Positions 42,313 to 53,061 of a DNA stretch of 64,000 nucleotides are shown in pieces. The notes beneath the pieces were generated by a model. It saw only the letters and a list, made by a program, of their open reading frames with translations. It was not told the origin of the DNA and made no database searches. Made by a program: the position numbers and the translations under genes. Every line of letters begins with the position of its first letter. Positions within the stretch are counted from its first letter, which is position 1. Source of the DNA: an uncultured delta proteobacterium (lineage in GTDB: Bacteria; Desulfobacterota; RBG-13-43-22). The stretch is from the NCBI GenBank assembly GCA_963711835.1, contig CAVQFQ010000004.1, positions 128,001 through 192,000 on the forward strand, read 5' to 3'.

Positions 42313-42990
42313 CTAACGGGTCCGGTAACCGCAGCGTTTATCGGCTTTAAGCATAAGTTCCGTCAATCGTTGCTCCAGTTCCAGACGCAAGGCCTCCAAC
42401 TCCGCTTTGGAACAATCCTCAGGAACTTCCAGAGGGGGGGCATAAGAAACCTGGACCTCAGAGAAGGGTAAAGGGATCATGGTCTTATCCCAGCTTTTTT
42501 CCAGGGTCAGGCAATGCCTGGCGGACCAGATGGCCGGCAGGATAGGGAGGCCGGTTTTTTGGGCCAGGATGAGCAGACCTTTCTGTGCCCGGTAACGGGG
42601 ACCTTGAGGTCCATCCAGGACGGTGGAACACAACCGGGTCCCGCCCTTGATGTCTTTTATCATTTGAAGCAAGGCCCTTTCCCCTCCCCGGGTGGATGAA
42701 CCCCTGACCGTCTTAGCCCCGCATTTCTCGGCAAACCGGGCCAGGTAATCGCCGTCACGGCTTTGACTGAACATAATCAGGGGATGAAAAGAGCCGTAAA
42801 AATAAGAAAAGAATATGGCGGCCCGGTGCCAGGAGGTCCCGATAAATGAGCGGGTACCCAAAAAAAATTCCCGATGAAGATCCGGTTCAAGGATTTTAAT
42901 TCGACAGCTACCGAACCAGGTTTTTAGGATGAGATGGGCGGCGGCAACCAGGCTTTGCAGACCGATCTCTCCCAGCCCGGCTGAATTCAT
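42313..42990 (-). CDS. DUF374/lysophospholipid acyltransferase family protein
   Basis: SWH, SRDG, VRGSS, DGPQGP, SWD..IPLPF. Confidence 0.88.
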   Translation of the reverse strand: MNSAGLGEIGLQSLVAAAHLILKTWFGSCRIKILEPDLHREFFLGTRSFIGTSWHRAAIFFSYFYGSFHPLIMFSQSRDGDYLARFAEKCGAKTVRGSSTRGGERALLQMIKDIKGGTRLCSTVLDGPQGPRYRAQKGLLILAQKTGLPILPAIWSARHCLTLEKSWDKTMIPLPFSEVQVSYAPPLEVPEDCSKAELEALRLELEQRLTELMLKADKRCGYRTR

Positions 42991-42996
42991 GGGGAT

Positions 42997-43407
42997 TTAT
43001 TGTTCTCCTTTTGGAAAGGGGATCTTATAAAACTCCACCCCTTCTCGTTTTAAAACCTCTTCCTCATCGGCGGTGGAAGTGCCGCGGATATTCCTTTTAT
43101 CATTTACGCCGTAATGCATCTTTAAAGCCTCTTTGGCGAAATCGGTTCCGACTTCCTCGAACTGCTCTTCGATAATCTTTTGTATTTGTTTCCATTTATT
43201 TTGAGGGGTTTCGCCCTCTTCAACCTTTTCAGGAACCCGGGAACGGCGTTTAATGGTCACCGGGGACAACAACTGGCTGATTTGGTTATCCTCACACAGC
43301 GGGCAATGAATCTCCCCGGCCGCCCTTTGTTTTTGAAAGGCCTCGCTGTTGGCAAACCAGCCCTCAAATGAATGCTCCCGGGAACATCGTAACTCCAACA
43401 CCATCAT
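42997..43407 (-). CDS. DUF1178 family protein
   Basis: C..EHSFEGWF, CPLC, FAKEALKMHYG. Confidence 0.9.
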   Translation of the reverse strand: MMVLELRCSREHSFEGWFANSEAFQKQRAAGEIHCPLCEDNQISQLLSPVTIKRRSRVPEKVEEGETPQNKWKQIQKIIEEQFEEVGTDFAKEALKMHYGVNDKRNIRGTSTADEEEVLKREGVEFYKIPFPKGEQ

Positions 43408-43469
43408 AGGGTTGACTTACCTCTTATGGTAGACCTAAAATCAAAGGAATAATCCTTGTTCTCTGAAGA

Positions 43470-44249
43470 TCAGATGAACCCTTCTTCGAACAACTCCCGC
43501 AAGACCTGGCGGATGGGCAATCCTTTTTCCACCAAAGCCTGCTGGCCGTAATTCATATTGGCTTCCAGGACCAGCCAGCCTTTATCAGGACTATGGCACA
43601 GATCAAGGCCGACGTCATCAAAATTGCAGAGCCGGGTCAAACGGCCGGCAAATTCCAGGGCGGCTTTGGGAATATTTTCAAAAGCCACGGAAGCCCCCTG
43701 GGCCAGATTACTCCGGAACTCCCCGGTCCGGGCGATCTTCCAATAGGCTAAAATGATTCGATGTTGGATCAGGATAACCCGCAGGTCTTTCACCAGGGGA
43801 ATATATTCCTGGATATAGGCTACGGCTGAAAGGCGCAGGTAGTGATTCAACTCCTCTTCGTTATGGACCAAATAAACACCCTTTCCCATGGAAGAGCCCC
43901 TGGGGATCTTGGCAATAAATGGAAACGGAAACTCCTCCGGGATAGCCTTTTTCTGGTGTCCGAAAAAAATCTTGGTCCTGGGATGGGGGATACCCAAAAG
44001 CTGGAAAAGGGCCGTCTGTCTGATCTTGTCTCCTGAATAGACATAACTTTCCCGGCTGGGAAATATTTTCTTTCCCAGGGTTATAAAAAGATCCACATAG
44101 AATTTCGTGGGGTAATAGACCTTTTCAGCCTCCCGGATAAGCCTTTTTTCTTCCTCGTCATAGTCGTCAAAGTTGGGCAGGGCCCGCAGGACCCGGACCC
44201 CCGGACATTCCCGGAATCGATGGCTGAAAGCTATGCGTTGTCCTTTCAT
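43470..44249 (-). CDS. RimK-like ATP-grasp protein
   Basis: FPFIAK, SMGKGV, QEYIP, DLRV, LEAN. Confidence 0.88.
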   Translation of the reverse strand: MKGQRIAFSHRFRECPGVRVLRALPNFDDYDEEEKRLIREAEKVYYPTKFYVDLFITLGKKIFPSRESYVYSGDKIRQTALFQLLGIPHPRTKIFFGHQKKAIPEEFPFPFIAKIPRGSSMGKGVYLVHNEEELNHYLRLSAVAYIQEYIPLVKDLRVILIQHRIILAYWKIARTGEFRSNLAQGASVAFENIPKAALEFAGRLTRLCNFDDVGLDLCHSPDKGWLVLEANMNYGQQALVEKGLPIRQVLRELFEEGFI

Positions 44250-44271
44250 AGGCAGCGGAGCCTGACCCTAA

Positions 44272-45066
44272 TTACCGTATGATGGAACGACCGGGATAAT
44301 AACCCGCTTTAACAGTCACATTCGGACCCACCAGACATCCCGGACCCAAGAGGGTCCCGGGATTGGTAACCGAATTGCAGCCGGTTTCCGTCCTATCACC
44401 CATGATGACTCCCAATTTCCTCAGGCCCGTGTCAACTTGTTTTTTCTGGTAGATAATTTTAATGGAACCCCTGATCATCTTTAAGTTGGCCAACTTGGTT
44501 CCGGCCCCCAGATTGCAGTCTTTTCCCAAGACGCTATCCCCGATATAGGCAAAATGGCCCGCCTTGGCCCCGGAAAGCATTACGGCGTTTTTCATTTCCG
44601 TAACATGGCCTACCACACACCCGTCGCCTACCAGACAACCTCCTCTTAAATAAGCCCCTTGACGGACCTCGGTCTGCCTTCCGATAAGGGTTGGACCTTG
44701 AATAAAGGCCCCGGGCTCCACCACGGACCCTTCACCGATAAAGATCTCTTTCCCAGCCAGGGTAACGCCGCCATAGATGACCGTGGCCCCGACTAATTCC
44801 TGATTCTCGAAAACCACCTTGCTCGTCCCCTTGGTAGCTTCTCCGGGAATGAAGGTGAATCCGTCCTCCAGGACCTTCCCCTTATAAAGGACCACCATCT
44901 TGGATAGGTAAGGGCCTTGCTGAAGGATTTGCCCCACATTGGGTACCAGTCGTTCCCCAAGGTAGGATTTAATCCGGGGCAAGACTTCCCAGACCGATTC
45001 CACCCCTTTAAAGATCTCGGCATGCTCCCAATCTACAATATCAAAAAAAAGTCCCGGTTGAAACAT
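44272..45066 (-). CDS. Hexapeptide-repeat acyltransferase, GlmU C-terminal-like
   Basis: VRQGAYLRG, GHFAYIGDSVLG, NLGAGTKLAN, TGLRKLG. Confidence 0.85.
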   Translation of the reverse strand: MFQPGLFFDIVDWEHAEIFKGVESVWEVLPRIKSYLGERLVPNVGQILQQGPYLSKMVVLYKGKVLEDGFTFIPGEATKGTSKVVFENQELVGATVIYGGVTLAGKEIFIGEGSVVEPGAFIQGPTLIGRQTEVRQGAYLRGGCLVGDGCVVGHVTEMKNAVMLSGAKAGHFAYIGDSVLGKDCNLGAGTKLANLKMIRGSIKIIYQKKQVDTGLRKLGVIMGDRTETGCNSVTNPGTLLGPGCLVGPNVTVKAGYYPGRSIIR

Positions 45067-45100
45067 AGTGGCTTACGACCTCGATTGTAAAAATTTGTCT

Positions 45101-45883
45101 TTACCAGAGATAGCGGACCGGAACCCCCCGGTCCTTTAAATAGGCCTTTATTTGACGGATGGTATAGGTCCCGTAATGGGTCATGGAGGCGATCAGGGCC
45201 GCATCGGCTTTAGCCTCCTTAAGAACTTGGCCAAGGTGCTCGGGGGCCCCGGCCCCGCCGGAGGCAATGACCGGGATGGTCACCGCCTCGGAAATGAGCC
45301 GGGTCAAGGCCATTTCGTAGCCTTCCCGGGTTCCATCGGCATCTATGGAGTTCAAACAGATTTCACCGGCGCCCAAACGCTCGGCCTCCTGGGCCCACCA
45401 AAGGGCATCGATACCGGTAAAAGTCCGGCCGCCCTGAATGACCATTTCATACCCGGAAGGGATGGCCCTGGAAACCGCCACCTTTTTGACGTCCATACCC
45501 AACACAACGCACTGACTCCCAAAGGCCTTGGCCCCTTCCTGGATGAGGGCCGGGTTCCTGATGGCGGCTGAATTGACGCTGATCTTTTCCGCCCCGGCCA
45601 GGAGCACCTGGCGCATCTCTTCCACACTGGCAATGCCTCCCCCCACCGAAAAGGGGATAAAGATCTCTTCGGCCACCCGGCCAACCACCTCAATCATGAT
45701 GCCCCGCTGCTCAGCCGAGGCGGTGATATCATAAAAAACCAGTTCGTCGGCCCCTTCCTCGTAATAGAACCGGGCCATCTCCACCGGGTCCCCGATGTCG
45801 ATATTATTCTTAAACCGGATGCCCTTGGTGGTCTTGCCTTCGCGGACGTCCAGACAGGGAATGATGCGCTTACTCAGCATCAC
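45101..45883 (-). CDS. hisF: Imidazole glycerol phosphate synthase cyclase subunit
   Basis: [32 protein letters not shown]. Confidence 0.97.
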   Translation of the reverse strand: MMLSKRIIPCLDVREGKTTKGIRFKNNIDIGDPVEMARFYYEEGADELVFYDITASAEQRGIMIEVVGRVAEEIFIPFSVGGGIASVEEMRQVLLAGAEKISVNSAAIRNPALIQEGAKAFGSQCVVLGMDVKKVAVSRAIPSGYEMVIQGGRTFTGIDALWWAQEAERLGAGEICLNSIDADGTREGYEMALTRLISEAVTIPVIASGGAGAPEHLGQVLKEAKADAALIASMTHYGTYTIRQIKAYLKDRGVPVRYLW

Positions 45884-46508
45884 GGCCTTCCCATTCCGAA
45901 AAGGCTTTCAACAGTCCCAGGCCCGGCGGTCCGCTTTTTTCCGGGTGGAATTGAAGAGCGATGAGGTTCTTATAGGCCAGGGCCGATGGAAAATCGATCC
46001 CGTAATCGGTCTTACCCAAAATCATACTTTCCTCTCCGGGCGAGGGAAAATAAGAATGGACAAAATAAAAAGCCATTTGGAGGAATCGTTCCGGGACCGC
46101 CGGATGTTTCCGGGTCCAGTCCACAGTGTTCCAGCCCATATGAGGTATTTTTAAAGGCCGCCCTTCCCGATCCGAAAGAGGATCGGGGAAGCGAAGGACC
46201 TGCCCGGGAACAAGGCCCAGACAAGGGGTCCGGTTTTCCCGGCTGAACTCCAGAATCACCTGGGTGCCCAAACAAATGCCCAGAAGAGGCCGGCCGGAAA
46301 GGAAAAAGTCCTTTATGGCCCGGTCCAGGCCGGTGCTCTTCAGGTTTTTCATAGCTTCACCGGCTGCCCCCACACCGGGGAAGATGACTCTTTCCGAGGC
46401 CCGGATCAGGGCCGGATCGCCGGTAACTCGGCAGGGGATCCCCAACTTCTTCAGAGCCCGCTCCACGCTGGTGAGGTTCCCGGCTTTATAATCTATGATA
46501 CTGATCAT
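45870..46508 (-). CDS. hisH: Imidazole glycerol phosphate synthase glutaminase subunit
   Basis: PGVGA, GICLG, PHMGWN, QFHPEKS. Confidence 0.97.
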   Translation of the reverse strand: MISIIDYKAGNLTSVERALKKLGIPCRVTGDPALIRASERVIFPGVGAAGEAMKNLKSTGLDRAIKDFFLSGRPLLGICLGTQVILEFSRENRTPCLGLVPGQVLRFPDPLSDREGRPLKIPHMGWNTVDWTRKHPAVPERFLQMAFYFVHSYFPSPGEESMILGKTDYGIDFPSALAYKNLIALQFHPEKSGPPGLGLLKAFSEWEGRDAE

Positions 46509-46541
46509 GATCTGGTTGTTATCAGTTCCCTTTTCTATTTC

Positions 46542-48287
46542 CTAACCTGTTAGGCCTGCCGAACCGCGGCCCTTATCAGAAACAGGTCCTGACCGGTTTT
46601 CCTCAATCCCCGGAAAGAGCAGGATGAATTCAGCTCCTTTCCCGGGATGGCTTTCCACCCTGATCAATCCCCCATGATCGGAGACTATTTTTTGGACAAC
46701 GCTTAACCCTAAACCCGTTCCCTTTTCCTTGGTAGTAAAGAAGGGCTCAAATACCTTGGCTAACTCGTTGGGGGGAATGCCGGGGCCGTTGTCTCGAACG
46801 GTGAGCTCTACCCACCCCCGGTAAGGGTCGGTGTCCTGTTTCCGGGCCCCTATCCGAATAAGACCGTCGTCCGGAACGGCCTGGAGGGCGTTGATCAGGA
46901 GATTCCATAATACCTGGGAGAATTCCCCTTTGGCAATCTTTAAATGAAGAGGCGGTTCCACGGCCACCTCCCATTGAATGGAGGCCGGAAATTTTTTATT
47001 TTTTTTAATCAGGGTGATCGTATCATGAATGAGTTCTATCAGGTCGAAGGAGGCCACCGGGGTCTGGGCCGGCCGGGCAAAGGTTAGAAAGTCAGCCAGC
47101 AGGGTGTCCAGTTTGTTGACTTCCCGGGAGACGATTTTTAAAAGCCGTTCTCCGCTTTCACTGCCTTTGATTTCATCGGTCAGGACTTGGATGGAACCGC
47201 TGATGGAAGCCAGGGGATTACGGACTTCGTGGGCAAATCCGGCCACCATTTGCCCCATCAAAGCCAGTCGGTCCACTTGGCGGAATCGTTCCTCCATGGC
47301 TTTAATCTGAGTAATATCCTTAAAAGACAGGATGCCGCCGACCCCTTGGGAGCGGAAGTCGTTGACCCGGATCATCGAAAACCCCAACCGCAGCGATTGG
47401 CCCCGGGGGTTCCGATAGAGGATCTCAAAACGTTCCGGTTCAGAAGCCCCATTCTTCTCGAGAGGCCTTTCCAGTTCCGCTGCAATCTTCCCCACCGGCT
47501 GTTGAATTATCTCAGGGGAAGACAGGCCCAGAACCTTCTCTCCGGCCGGATTAATGCTCAGGACCAGGCCTTTTTGATTCAGGGTAATGATGCCGAAATC
47601 CAGATTTTCAAAGATAACCTTGTTTCTCTCCTCCAAGTCATTCAGATCCCTTTTCTGGGATTCGATCTGACTGGATTGCTTCCGGGATTCCTCGGAAAAA
47701 AGGCTGGCCAGATAACCGACGAAAAAAAATCCGGCCCCATTCAAACCCAGTTGATAAAGATAATAATGGAAGGAATAGGGCGAAACCTTGAAGGTCGTGC
47801 CGGGATAAAAGGGGATCAACCCCCGACCTTGCAGCAGCAGGAGGAGCGCATACCAGAGGCTGACGTATAAGGCGGTCAGGAGACCGCCCCGGCGGTAGAA
47901 AAGCGTACAGGCCCCCAGGATAACGAGGAAATAAAGATAGGAGAAAAAGCTCTCAATGCCCCCGGTAAGGTACACCGCAGCAGTTACAAAAAAGCCGTCC
48001 ATGAGGACCTGGAAGATAGCCAGCCTCCTGACCGATCGGCTCCGGAAGAGGATGACCAGATAGAGAAGGGAGAAAAAATATTGCAGGGCAATCCAAAAAT
48101 ACAGTTTGGGGAAGGAAATGGAAGACAGGGGGCTGGTTTCCTTTTGCTGCAAAAACACGGTCAGCAAAAGGATAAAGGAAACGAAAACCAGTCTCCACAA
48201 GATAAGTCCATTCGTTTTTTGGAACAACCCCGGATCGGATCGGGAGCCGGTTTCCAGCCGCTCCGGGGGCCGACCGTTTCCTGTCAC
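46542..48287 (-). CDS. pilS: PAS sensor histidine kinase, PilS-like
   Basis: Multi-TM N-terminus with TGGIES, PAS domain, AHEVRNPL; follows pilC. Confidence 0.85.
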   Translation of the reverse strand: MTGNGRPPERLETGSRSDPGLFQKTNGLILWRLVFVSFILLLTVFLQQKETSPLSSISFPKLYFWIALQYFFSLLYLVILFRSRSVRRLAIFQVLMDGFFVTAAVYLTGGIESFFSYLYFLVILGACTLFYRRGGLLTALYVSLWYALLLLLQGRGLIPFYPGTTFKVSPYSFHYYLYQLGLNGAGFFFVGYLASLFSEESRKQSSQIESQKRDLNDLEERNKVIFENLDFGIITLNQKGLVLSINPAGEKVLGLSSPEIIQQPVGKIAAELERPLEKNGASEPERFEILYRNPRGQSLRLGFSMIRVNDFRSQGVGGILSFKDITQIKAMEERFRQVDRLALMGQMVAGFAHEVRNPLASISGSIQVLTDEIKGSESGERLLKIVSREVNKLDTLLADFLTFARPAQTPVASFDLIELIHDTITLIKKNKKFPASIQWEVAVEPPLHLKIAKGEFSQVLWNLLINALQAVPDDGLIRIGARKQDTDPYRGWVELTVRDNGPGIPPNELAKVFEPFFTTKEKGTGLGLSVVQKIVSDHGGLIRVESHPGKGAEFILLFPGIEENRSGPVSDKGRGSAGLTG

Positions 48288-48314
48288 TGGCTGATCCTCC
48301 TTTTTAGGGCCGAT

Positions 48315-49523
48315 TTATCCGCTGATGGCCTCGGCCATTTTAAAGATGGGCAGGTACATGGCAATAACCAGACCCCCCACCAAGCCTCCCAGAATGACCA
48401 TTAAAATGGGTTCCATCATGGAGGTCAAGGTGTTAACAGCGGCATCCACATCATCATCGTAAAAATCAGCGATCTTATTGAGCATGGTATCCAATTCCCC
48501 GGAAGCCTCCCCGACCTGGATCATCTGGGTTACCATGGGCGGGAAGACCCCGCTTTCGGCCAGGGGCTCCGAAATGGTTTTCCCCTGGCTGATGCTCCCC
48601 CGGGCCTTGATAATGGCTTTTTCGACCACCTTGTTGCCGGACGACTTGGCCACAATGTCCATGGCTTCCAGGATCGGAACCCCGCTGCTGACCATGGTCC
48701 CGAAGGTCCGGGTGAATTTGGCCACGGCCACTTTGCGCATCAAGGGGCCGAAGATGGGAACCCGCAGCGTCAAATCATCCAGGATATGCTTTCCTCTCTC
48801 GGTGCGGTAAAACCGCCGCAGGAGAAACAGCATCACCCCAAAGCCGGCCACCAGGAAAAAAAAGTTTTCGGTCACCAAGCGGCTTAAGCCGATGACAAAT
48901 CGAGTCGGGGCCGGTAAGGCGTGGCCGAATTCGGCAAACATTTTTTCAAAAACGGGTATAACGAAGATCAGAATAATAGCCATTACAATAATGGCCACGC
49001 TGATGATTACCGCGGGATAGACCAGGGCGCCCTTGACCTTTTTTTTAAGCTTGAGGGTTTTTTCAATGTAGCTCGACAGACGGGTGAGAATAACATCCAG
49101 AACCCCGCCCATCTCACCGGCTTCAACCATATTGGTATACAATTCATTGAATATTTTTGGGTGTTTTTTCAGGGCTTCCCCCAGGGACTGCCCGCTTTCC
49201 ACATCTCCTTTTATCCGGGAAATGACCTTATGAAAAGCCGGGTTTTCCTGTTGTGCGGCCAGGATATTTAAACATTGGACCAACGGCAGGCCGGCATTGA
49301 TCATGGTGGCAAACTGGCGGGTAAAAATGACCACGGTTTTTTCAGGGATTTTGCGCCGGAAGGAGAATTTGGTTAAGGGTTTATCCCGTTTTTCCTGAAT
49401 CCGGACCGGAAATATCTGTTGTCTCCGAAGCTGGAGCCGGGCTACGGCCACATTTTCAGCCACCAATTCCCCTCTTTTTACTTCACCCAACTTTGACTTC
49501 CCTTCCCAGGTATAAGTCGGCAT
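48315..49523 (-). CDS. pilC: Type IV pilus platform protein
   Basis: FTRQFATMINAGLPL, AGEMGG, GEASGELD, MYLPIF. Confidence 0.95.
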   Translation of the reverse strand: MPTYTWEGKSKLGEVKRGELVAENVAVARLQLRRQQIFPVRIQEKRDKPLTKFSFRRKIPEKTVVIFTRQFATMINAGLPLVQCLNILAAQQENPAFHKVISRIKGDVESGQSLGEALKKHPKIFNELYTNMVEAGEMGGVLDVILTRLSSYIEKTLKLKKKVKGALVYPAVIISVAIIVMAIILIFVIPVFEKMFAEFGHALPAPTRFVIGLSRLVTENFFFLVAGFGVMLFLLRRFYRTERGKHILDDLTLRVPIFGPLMRKVAVAKFTRTFGTMVSSGVPILEAMDIVAKSSGNKVVEKAIIKARGSISQGKTISEPLAESGVFPPMVTQMIQVGEASGELDTMLNKIADFYDDDVDAAVNTLTSMMEPILMVILGGLVGGLVIAMYLPIFKMAEAISG

Positions 49524-49597
49524 ATCCTAACCCTTATCTTCTCCGTTTTGGTTCCAGCGAAGTCCTTTTCGAATTCCTGTCTTCGGGACCCGGCCTT

Positions 49598-51304
49598 TTA
49601 TTGGTCCTCATCCTTATCGGTAACCCGCAAAATTTCTTCCAGGGTCGTAACGCCATTTCTGACCTTCTGGATTCCGGCCTCCCTCAAGGTAACCATCCCA
49701 TCGGCTCGGGCCGTTTTTTTGATTTTCGCGGCCGAGGCCCTTTCAAAGACCATTTCTTTCAGGTTGGTGAAAAAAGGCAGGACCTCATAGATGGCCAGGC
49801 GGCCCCGGAAGCCGGAAAAATTACAGCTTGGACACCCGGTCCCCTCCCAAATTTCATGCTGGGCTGGATCCAGATGGAATTCATTTAAAAGATCCGAAGT
49901 CTTTTCCACCCTTCTTCGGCACTGGGGGCAAATCTTTCGCACCAGCCTCTGGGCCACCACTAAGTTGATGGAGGAGGAGACTAAGAAGGGCTCTATGCCC
50001 ATATCCAGCAGACGGGTGACCGAAGCCGGGGCATCATTGGTATGAAGGGTGCTCAAAACCAAGTGCCCCGTCAGGGCGGCCTTAATGGAGATCTCAGCCG
50101 TTATGGCATCTCGAATTTCTCCTACCATAATAATATCAGGGTCTTGGCGCAGAAAAGCCCGGAGGACATTGGAAAAACTCAGGCCGATTTCCTCATGGGC
50201 CTGAACCTGATTGATGCCGTACATATAGAGTTCCACCGGGTCCTCCACGGTGGAGATGTTTTGAGTCGTTTTATTCAGCTCCTGTAACGTGGAATAGAGG
50301 GTCGTGGTCTTGCCGCTTCCGGTCGGCCCGGTGACCAGAATCATGCCGTAAGGTTTATGAATCGCCTCCGAATAGATCTGCAGGGCCTCGGCCTCAAAAC
50401 CCAACAATTCCAGATTGACCTGAAGGGTGGATTTGTCTAAGAGCCGCAAAACGACCTTTTCCCCAAACAGGGTCGGCAAGACCGAAACCCGAAAGTCCAT
50501 TTCGCTGTCCTGCCCGAAGCGCAATCTTAAACGGCCGTCCTGAGGCAGCCTTCTCTCGGCGATATTCAGATTGGACATGATCTTTAATCGGGAAATGATG
50601 GCATTTTTGAGGGCCGTAGGCGGCGTCATGATTTCATAGAGGACCCCGTCGATGCGGTATCGAACCCGGAAAGAGCGTTCGTAGGTCTCAAAATGGATAT
50701 CGCTGGCACCCCGCTTGATGGCATCGATCAGGAGCAGATTGGTCAGCTTGACCACCGGGGCCTCTTTTGCAGCCACCTCCAGGTTTATTTCATCCAGTTC
50801 CTCTTCGGGCGGGATGAAATCCACCTCCAGTTCTTTAAAATCTTCAAGGGCTTGGCTTAAACTGGAGGTATGCTGGTAATGGCTGTCAATGGCTTCTTTC
50901 AGGCTTTTGTCCGGGGCCAAAAAGAGCTGGATGTTGCTGCCGGTCAGGAATTTAAGATCGTCCAGGGCATAGATATTGGAGGGATCGGAAATAGCCACCT
51001 TTAAGTGGGGACCGTCTTTTGAAATCGGCAGGATCTCATATTTTCTGGCAATGTGGGCCGGAATCAGTTCCAGCAGGGTCGGATCCGGTATGATGCTGGA
51101 AAGGTCAATCATGGGCAACCCGAAGTGCTTGGATAAAAAGTAACTCAGTGTTTTCTCGTCTATAAATCCTTTTTGGACCAAGAGGGCGCCGATTTTTTGC
51201 CTGCCCCCCATGCGCTTTTGCTCGGCCAGGGCCTCCTCCAGCTGTTGGGAGGTAATTTTTCTCTCCTGAAGCAATAATTCCCCGATCCGGCGGCTTTTAA
51301 ACAT
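49598..51304 (-). CDS. pilB: Type IV pilus assembly ATPase
   Basis: N-terminal RIGELL (MshEN-like), GPTGSGKTTT, TGHLVLSTLHTN, Cys zinc motif. Confidence 0.95.
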   Translation of the reverse strand: MFKSRRIGELLLQERKITSQQLEEALAEQKRMGGRQKIGALLVQKGFIDEKTLSYFLSKHFGLPMIDLSSIIPDPTLLELIPAHIARKYEILPISKDGPHLKVAISDPSNIYALDDLKFLTGSNIQLFLAPDKSLKEAIDSHYQHTSSLSQALEDFKELEVDFIPPEEELDEINLEVAAKEAPVVKLTNLLLIDAIKRGASDIHFETYERSFRVRYRIDGVLYEIMTPPTALKNAIISRLKIMSNLNIAERRLPQDGRLRLRFGQDSEMDFRVSVLPTLFGEKVVLRLLDKSTLQVNLELLGFEAEALQIYSEAIHKPYGMILVTGPTGSGKTTTLYSTLQELNKTTQNISTVEDPVELYMYGINQVQAHEEIGLSFSNVLRAFLRQDPDIIMVGEIRDAITAEISIKAALTGHLVLSTLHTNDAPASVTRLLDMGIEPFLVSSSINLVVAQRLVRKICPQCRRRVEKTSDLLNEFHLDPAQHEIWEGTGCPSCNFSGFRGRLAIYEVLPFFTNLKEMVFERASAAKIKKTARADGMVTLREAGIQKVRNGVTTLEEILRVTDKDEDQ

Positions 51305-51434
51305 AAGAGGTCACTTTCAGTAAAATAGTGATGGAGTCCCGCTTCAGCGGTCTTAGCGCCTGCATATTATTCTTTAAAATAACTTGACATTTTAAAATAA
51401 AATATTATAAATTAAAAAATTTTAAAGAAAGGGG

Positions 51435-51725
51435 GTGATACCCATGGACTGTACCACGGTAAAAACCGGAACCGCTTGCACCTTCATGAGCCCCAACGGG
51501 TGCTCGTTTAATGGAGGATCCTGCTATCCCATTGTCGAAAAATGTCAGGGCTGCGACCGGGTAAAGGATTTCAGCAGCGGGCCCTTTTGCCTTTCCTATC
51601 CCGACCCTTCCCTTAAATGGAAGCTGGGCAACTGCAATTTGGCCACCAACCTGAAACCCAAGGCCCCGGCGCAAAATACCGCCAAGATCAATCCGCTGAA
51701 GGCCTCCAAGCGTAGTGCCCGATAG
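51435..51725 (+). CDS. PxxKW family cysteine-rich protein
   Basis: YPDPSLKW, multiple Cys, KINPLKASKR tail; TTGACA promoter at 51384. Confidence 0.9.
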   Translation: MIPMDCTTVKTGTACTFMSPNGCSFNGGSCYPIVEKCQGCDRVKDFSSGPFCLSYPDPSLKWKLGNCNLATNLKPKAPAQNTAKINPLKASKRSAR

Positions 51726-51756
51726 CCTTTTTTCCCCCTCCGAAATCTCAACCCGA

Positions 51757-51802
51757 TGCTGCTGTGAGCCTTCCTGCATGCGCAGGAAGGCTCACAGCAG
51801 CA
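51757..51802. repeat. Perfect 21-bp inverted repeat between convergent genes
   Basis: TGCTGCTGTGAGCCTTCCTGC-ATGC-GCAGGAAGGCTCACAGCAGCA. Confidence 0.9.
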
Positions 51803-51806
51803 GGGC

Positions 51807-52997
51807 TTACCATTCCTTCAAGGTCTTTTCCAAACGATCCATCCCCTTTTCAATTAAAGGGAAGGCGGTGGCATAAGAAAAACGGAGACAACCGTCTTCT
51901 CCGAAGGCCACCCCGGGGACCACGGCCACCAGGGCTTTTTCAAGCAAATATTCGGATAGATCCAGAGAATTTGAGATAGTCCGATCTCCCGCTCGACGCC
52001 CGAAGAAGTTCGAAAAATTCGGGAAGATATAAAAGGCCCCCTGGGGCAGAGAAGCCTTGACACCCGGCAGGGCCCCTAACCGCCGGGCGATATAGTTCCG
52101 GCGCCGGTCAAATTCCAGGTTCATTTCCTGGATGAAATCCTGAGGCCCTTTCAAGGCCGCCAGGCTGGCTTTTTGAGCGATGGAAGTCGGATTGGAGGTG
52201 CTGTGGCTCTGAATGGTGGTGATGGCCCCGATAACCGCTTTAGGGCCGGCGACATAGCCTATCCGCCAACCGGTCATGGCATAGGCCTTGGAAACCCCGT
52301 TCACGATCAGGGTACGCTCCTTGAATTCAGGTCCCAGCATGGCCATGTTCCAGAAAGGCAGCCCATCAAAACGTATTTTATCATAAATATCATCGCTGAT
52401 GACCGTTAGGTCCTTTTCCAGGATAATCTTCCCCAGGGCCTTTAATTCCCCCTGGGAATAGACCGAACCCGTAGGATTGGAAGGACTGTTGAGAATAAGG
52501 GCTTTGGTCCGGGGGGTAACGGCTGAAGCCAAATCCTCAGGCGTTAACTTGAAACCGTTTTCTTCTCTGGTGGCAATGACCACCGGATCAGCCCCGGCCA
52601 GTTCGATCATGGGCGGATAGGAAACCCAGTAGGGGGCCGGTACCAGGACCTCGTCACCGGGGCCCCAAAGGGCCTGGGCAATATTATACAGGGCGTGTTT
52701 CCCGCCGCAATTAACGACCACTTCATTCAGGGTAAAGGTCAGGCCCAAGTCTTCCTGGAATCTGAAAATAACCGCTTCCTTGAGTTCATCGAACCCCCCG
52801 ACCGGGGTATACTTGGTAAACCCATCCCGCAGGGCTTGAATGGCAGCCTCTTTGATATGTTCGGGGGTATCAAAATCGGGCTCCCCCACCCCGAAGCTGA
52901 CAATATCGATGCCCGCCCGTATCATGGCCTTGGCCTTGGCATCCACGGCCAGGGTCAAGGAAGGTTTTATTTGCCGCACCCGTTCGGCTAATTCCAT
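51807..52997 (-). CDS. PLP-dependent aminotransferase class I (aspartate aminotransferase-like)
   Basis: GEPDF, NSPSNPTG, SDDIY, SKAYAMTGWRIG. Confidence 0.95.
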   Translation of the reverse strand: MELAERVRQIKPSLTLAVDAKAKAMIRAGIDIVSFGVGEPDFDTPEHIKEAAIQALRDGFTKYTPVGGFDELKEAVIFRFQEDLGLTFTLNEVVVNCGGKHALYNIAQALWGPGDEVLVPAPYWVSYPPMIELAGADPVVIATREENGFKLTPEDLASAVTPRTKALILNSPSNPTGSVYSQGELKALGKIILEKDLTVISDDIYDKIRFDGLPFWNMAMLGPEFKERTLIVNGVSKAYAMTGWRIGYVAGPKAVIGAITTIQSHSTSNPTSIAQKASLAALKGPQDFIQEMNLEFDRRRNYIARRLGALPGVKASLPQGAFYIFPNFSNFFGRRAGDRTISNSLDLSEYLLEKALVAVVPGVAFGEDGCLRFSYATAFPLIEKGMDRLEKTLKEW

Positions 52998-53061
52998 ACA
53001 GCCGCACCTCCTTTATTTTTCTCCAACCAAACGTCGCCTTAATACCAACCTGTATTATAAT

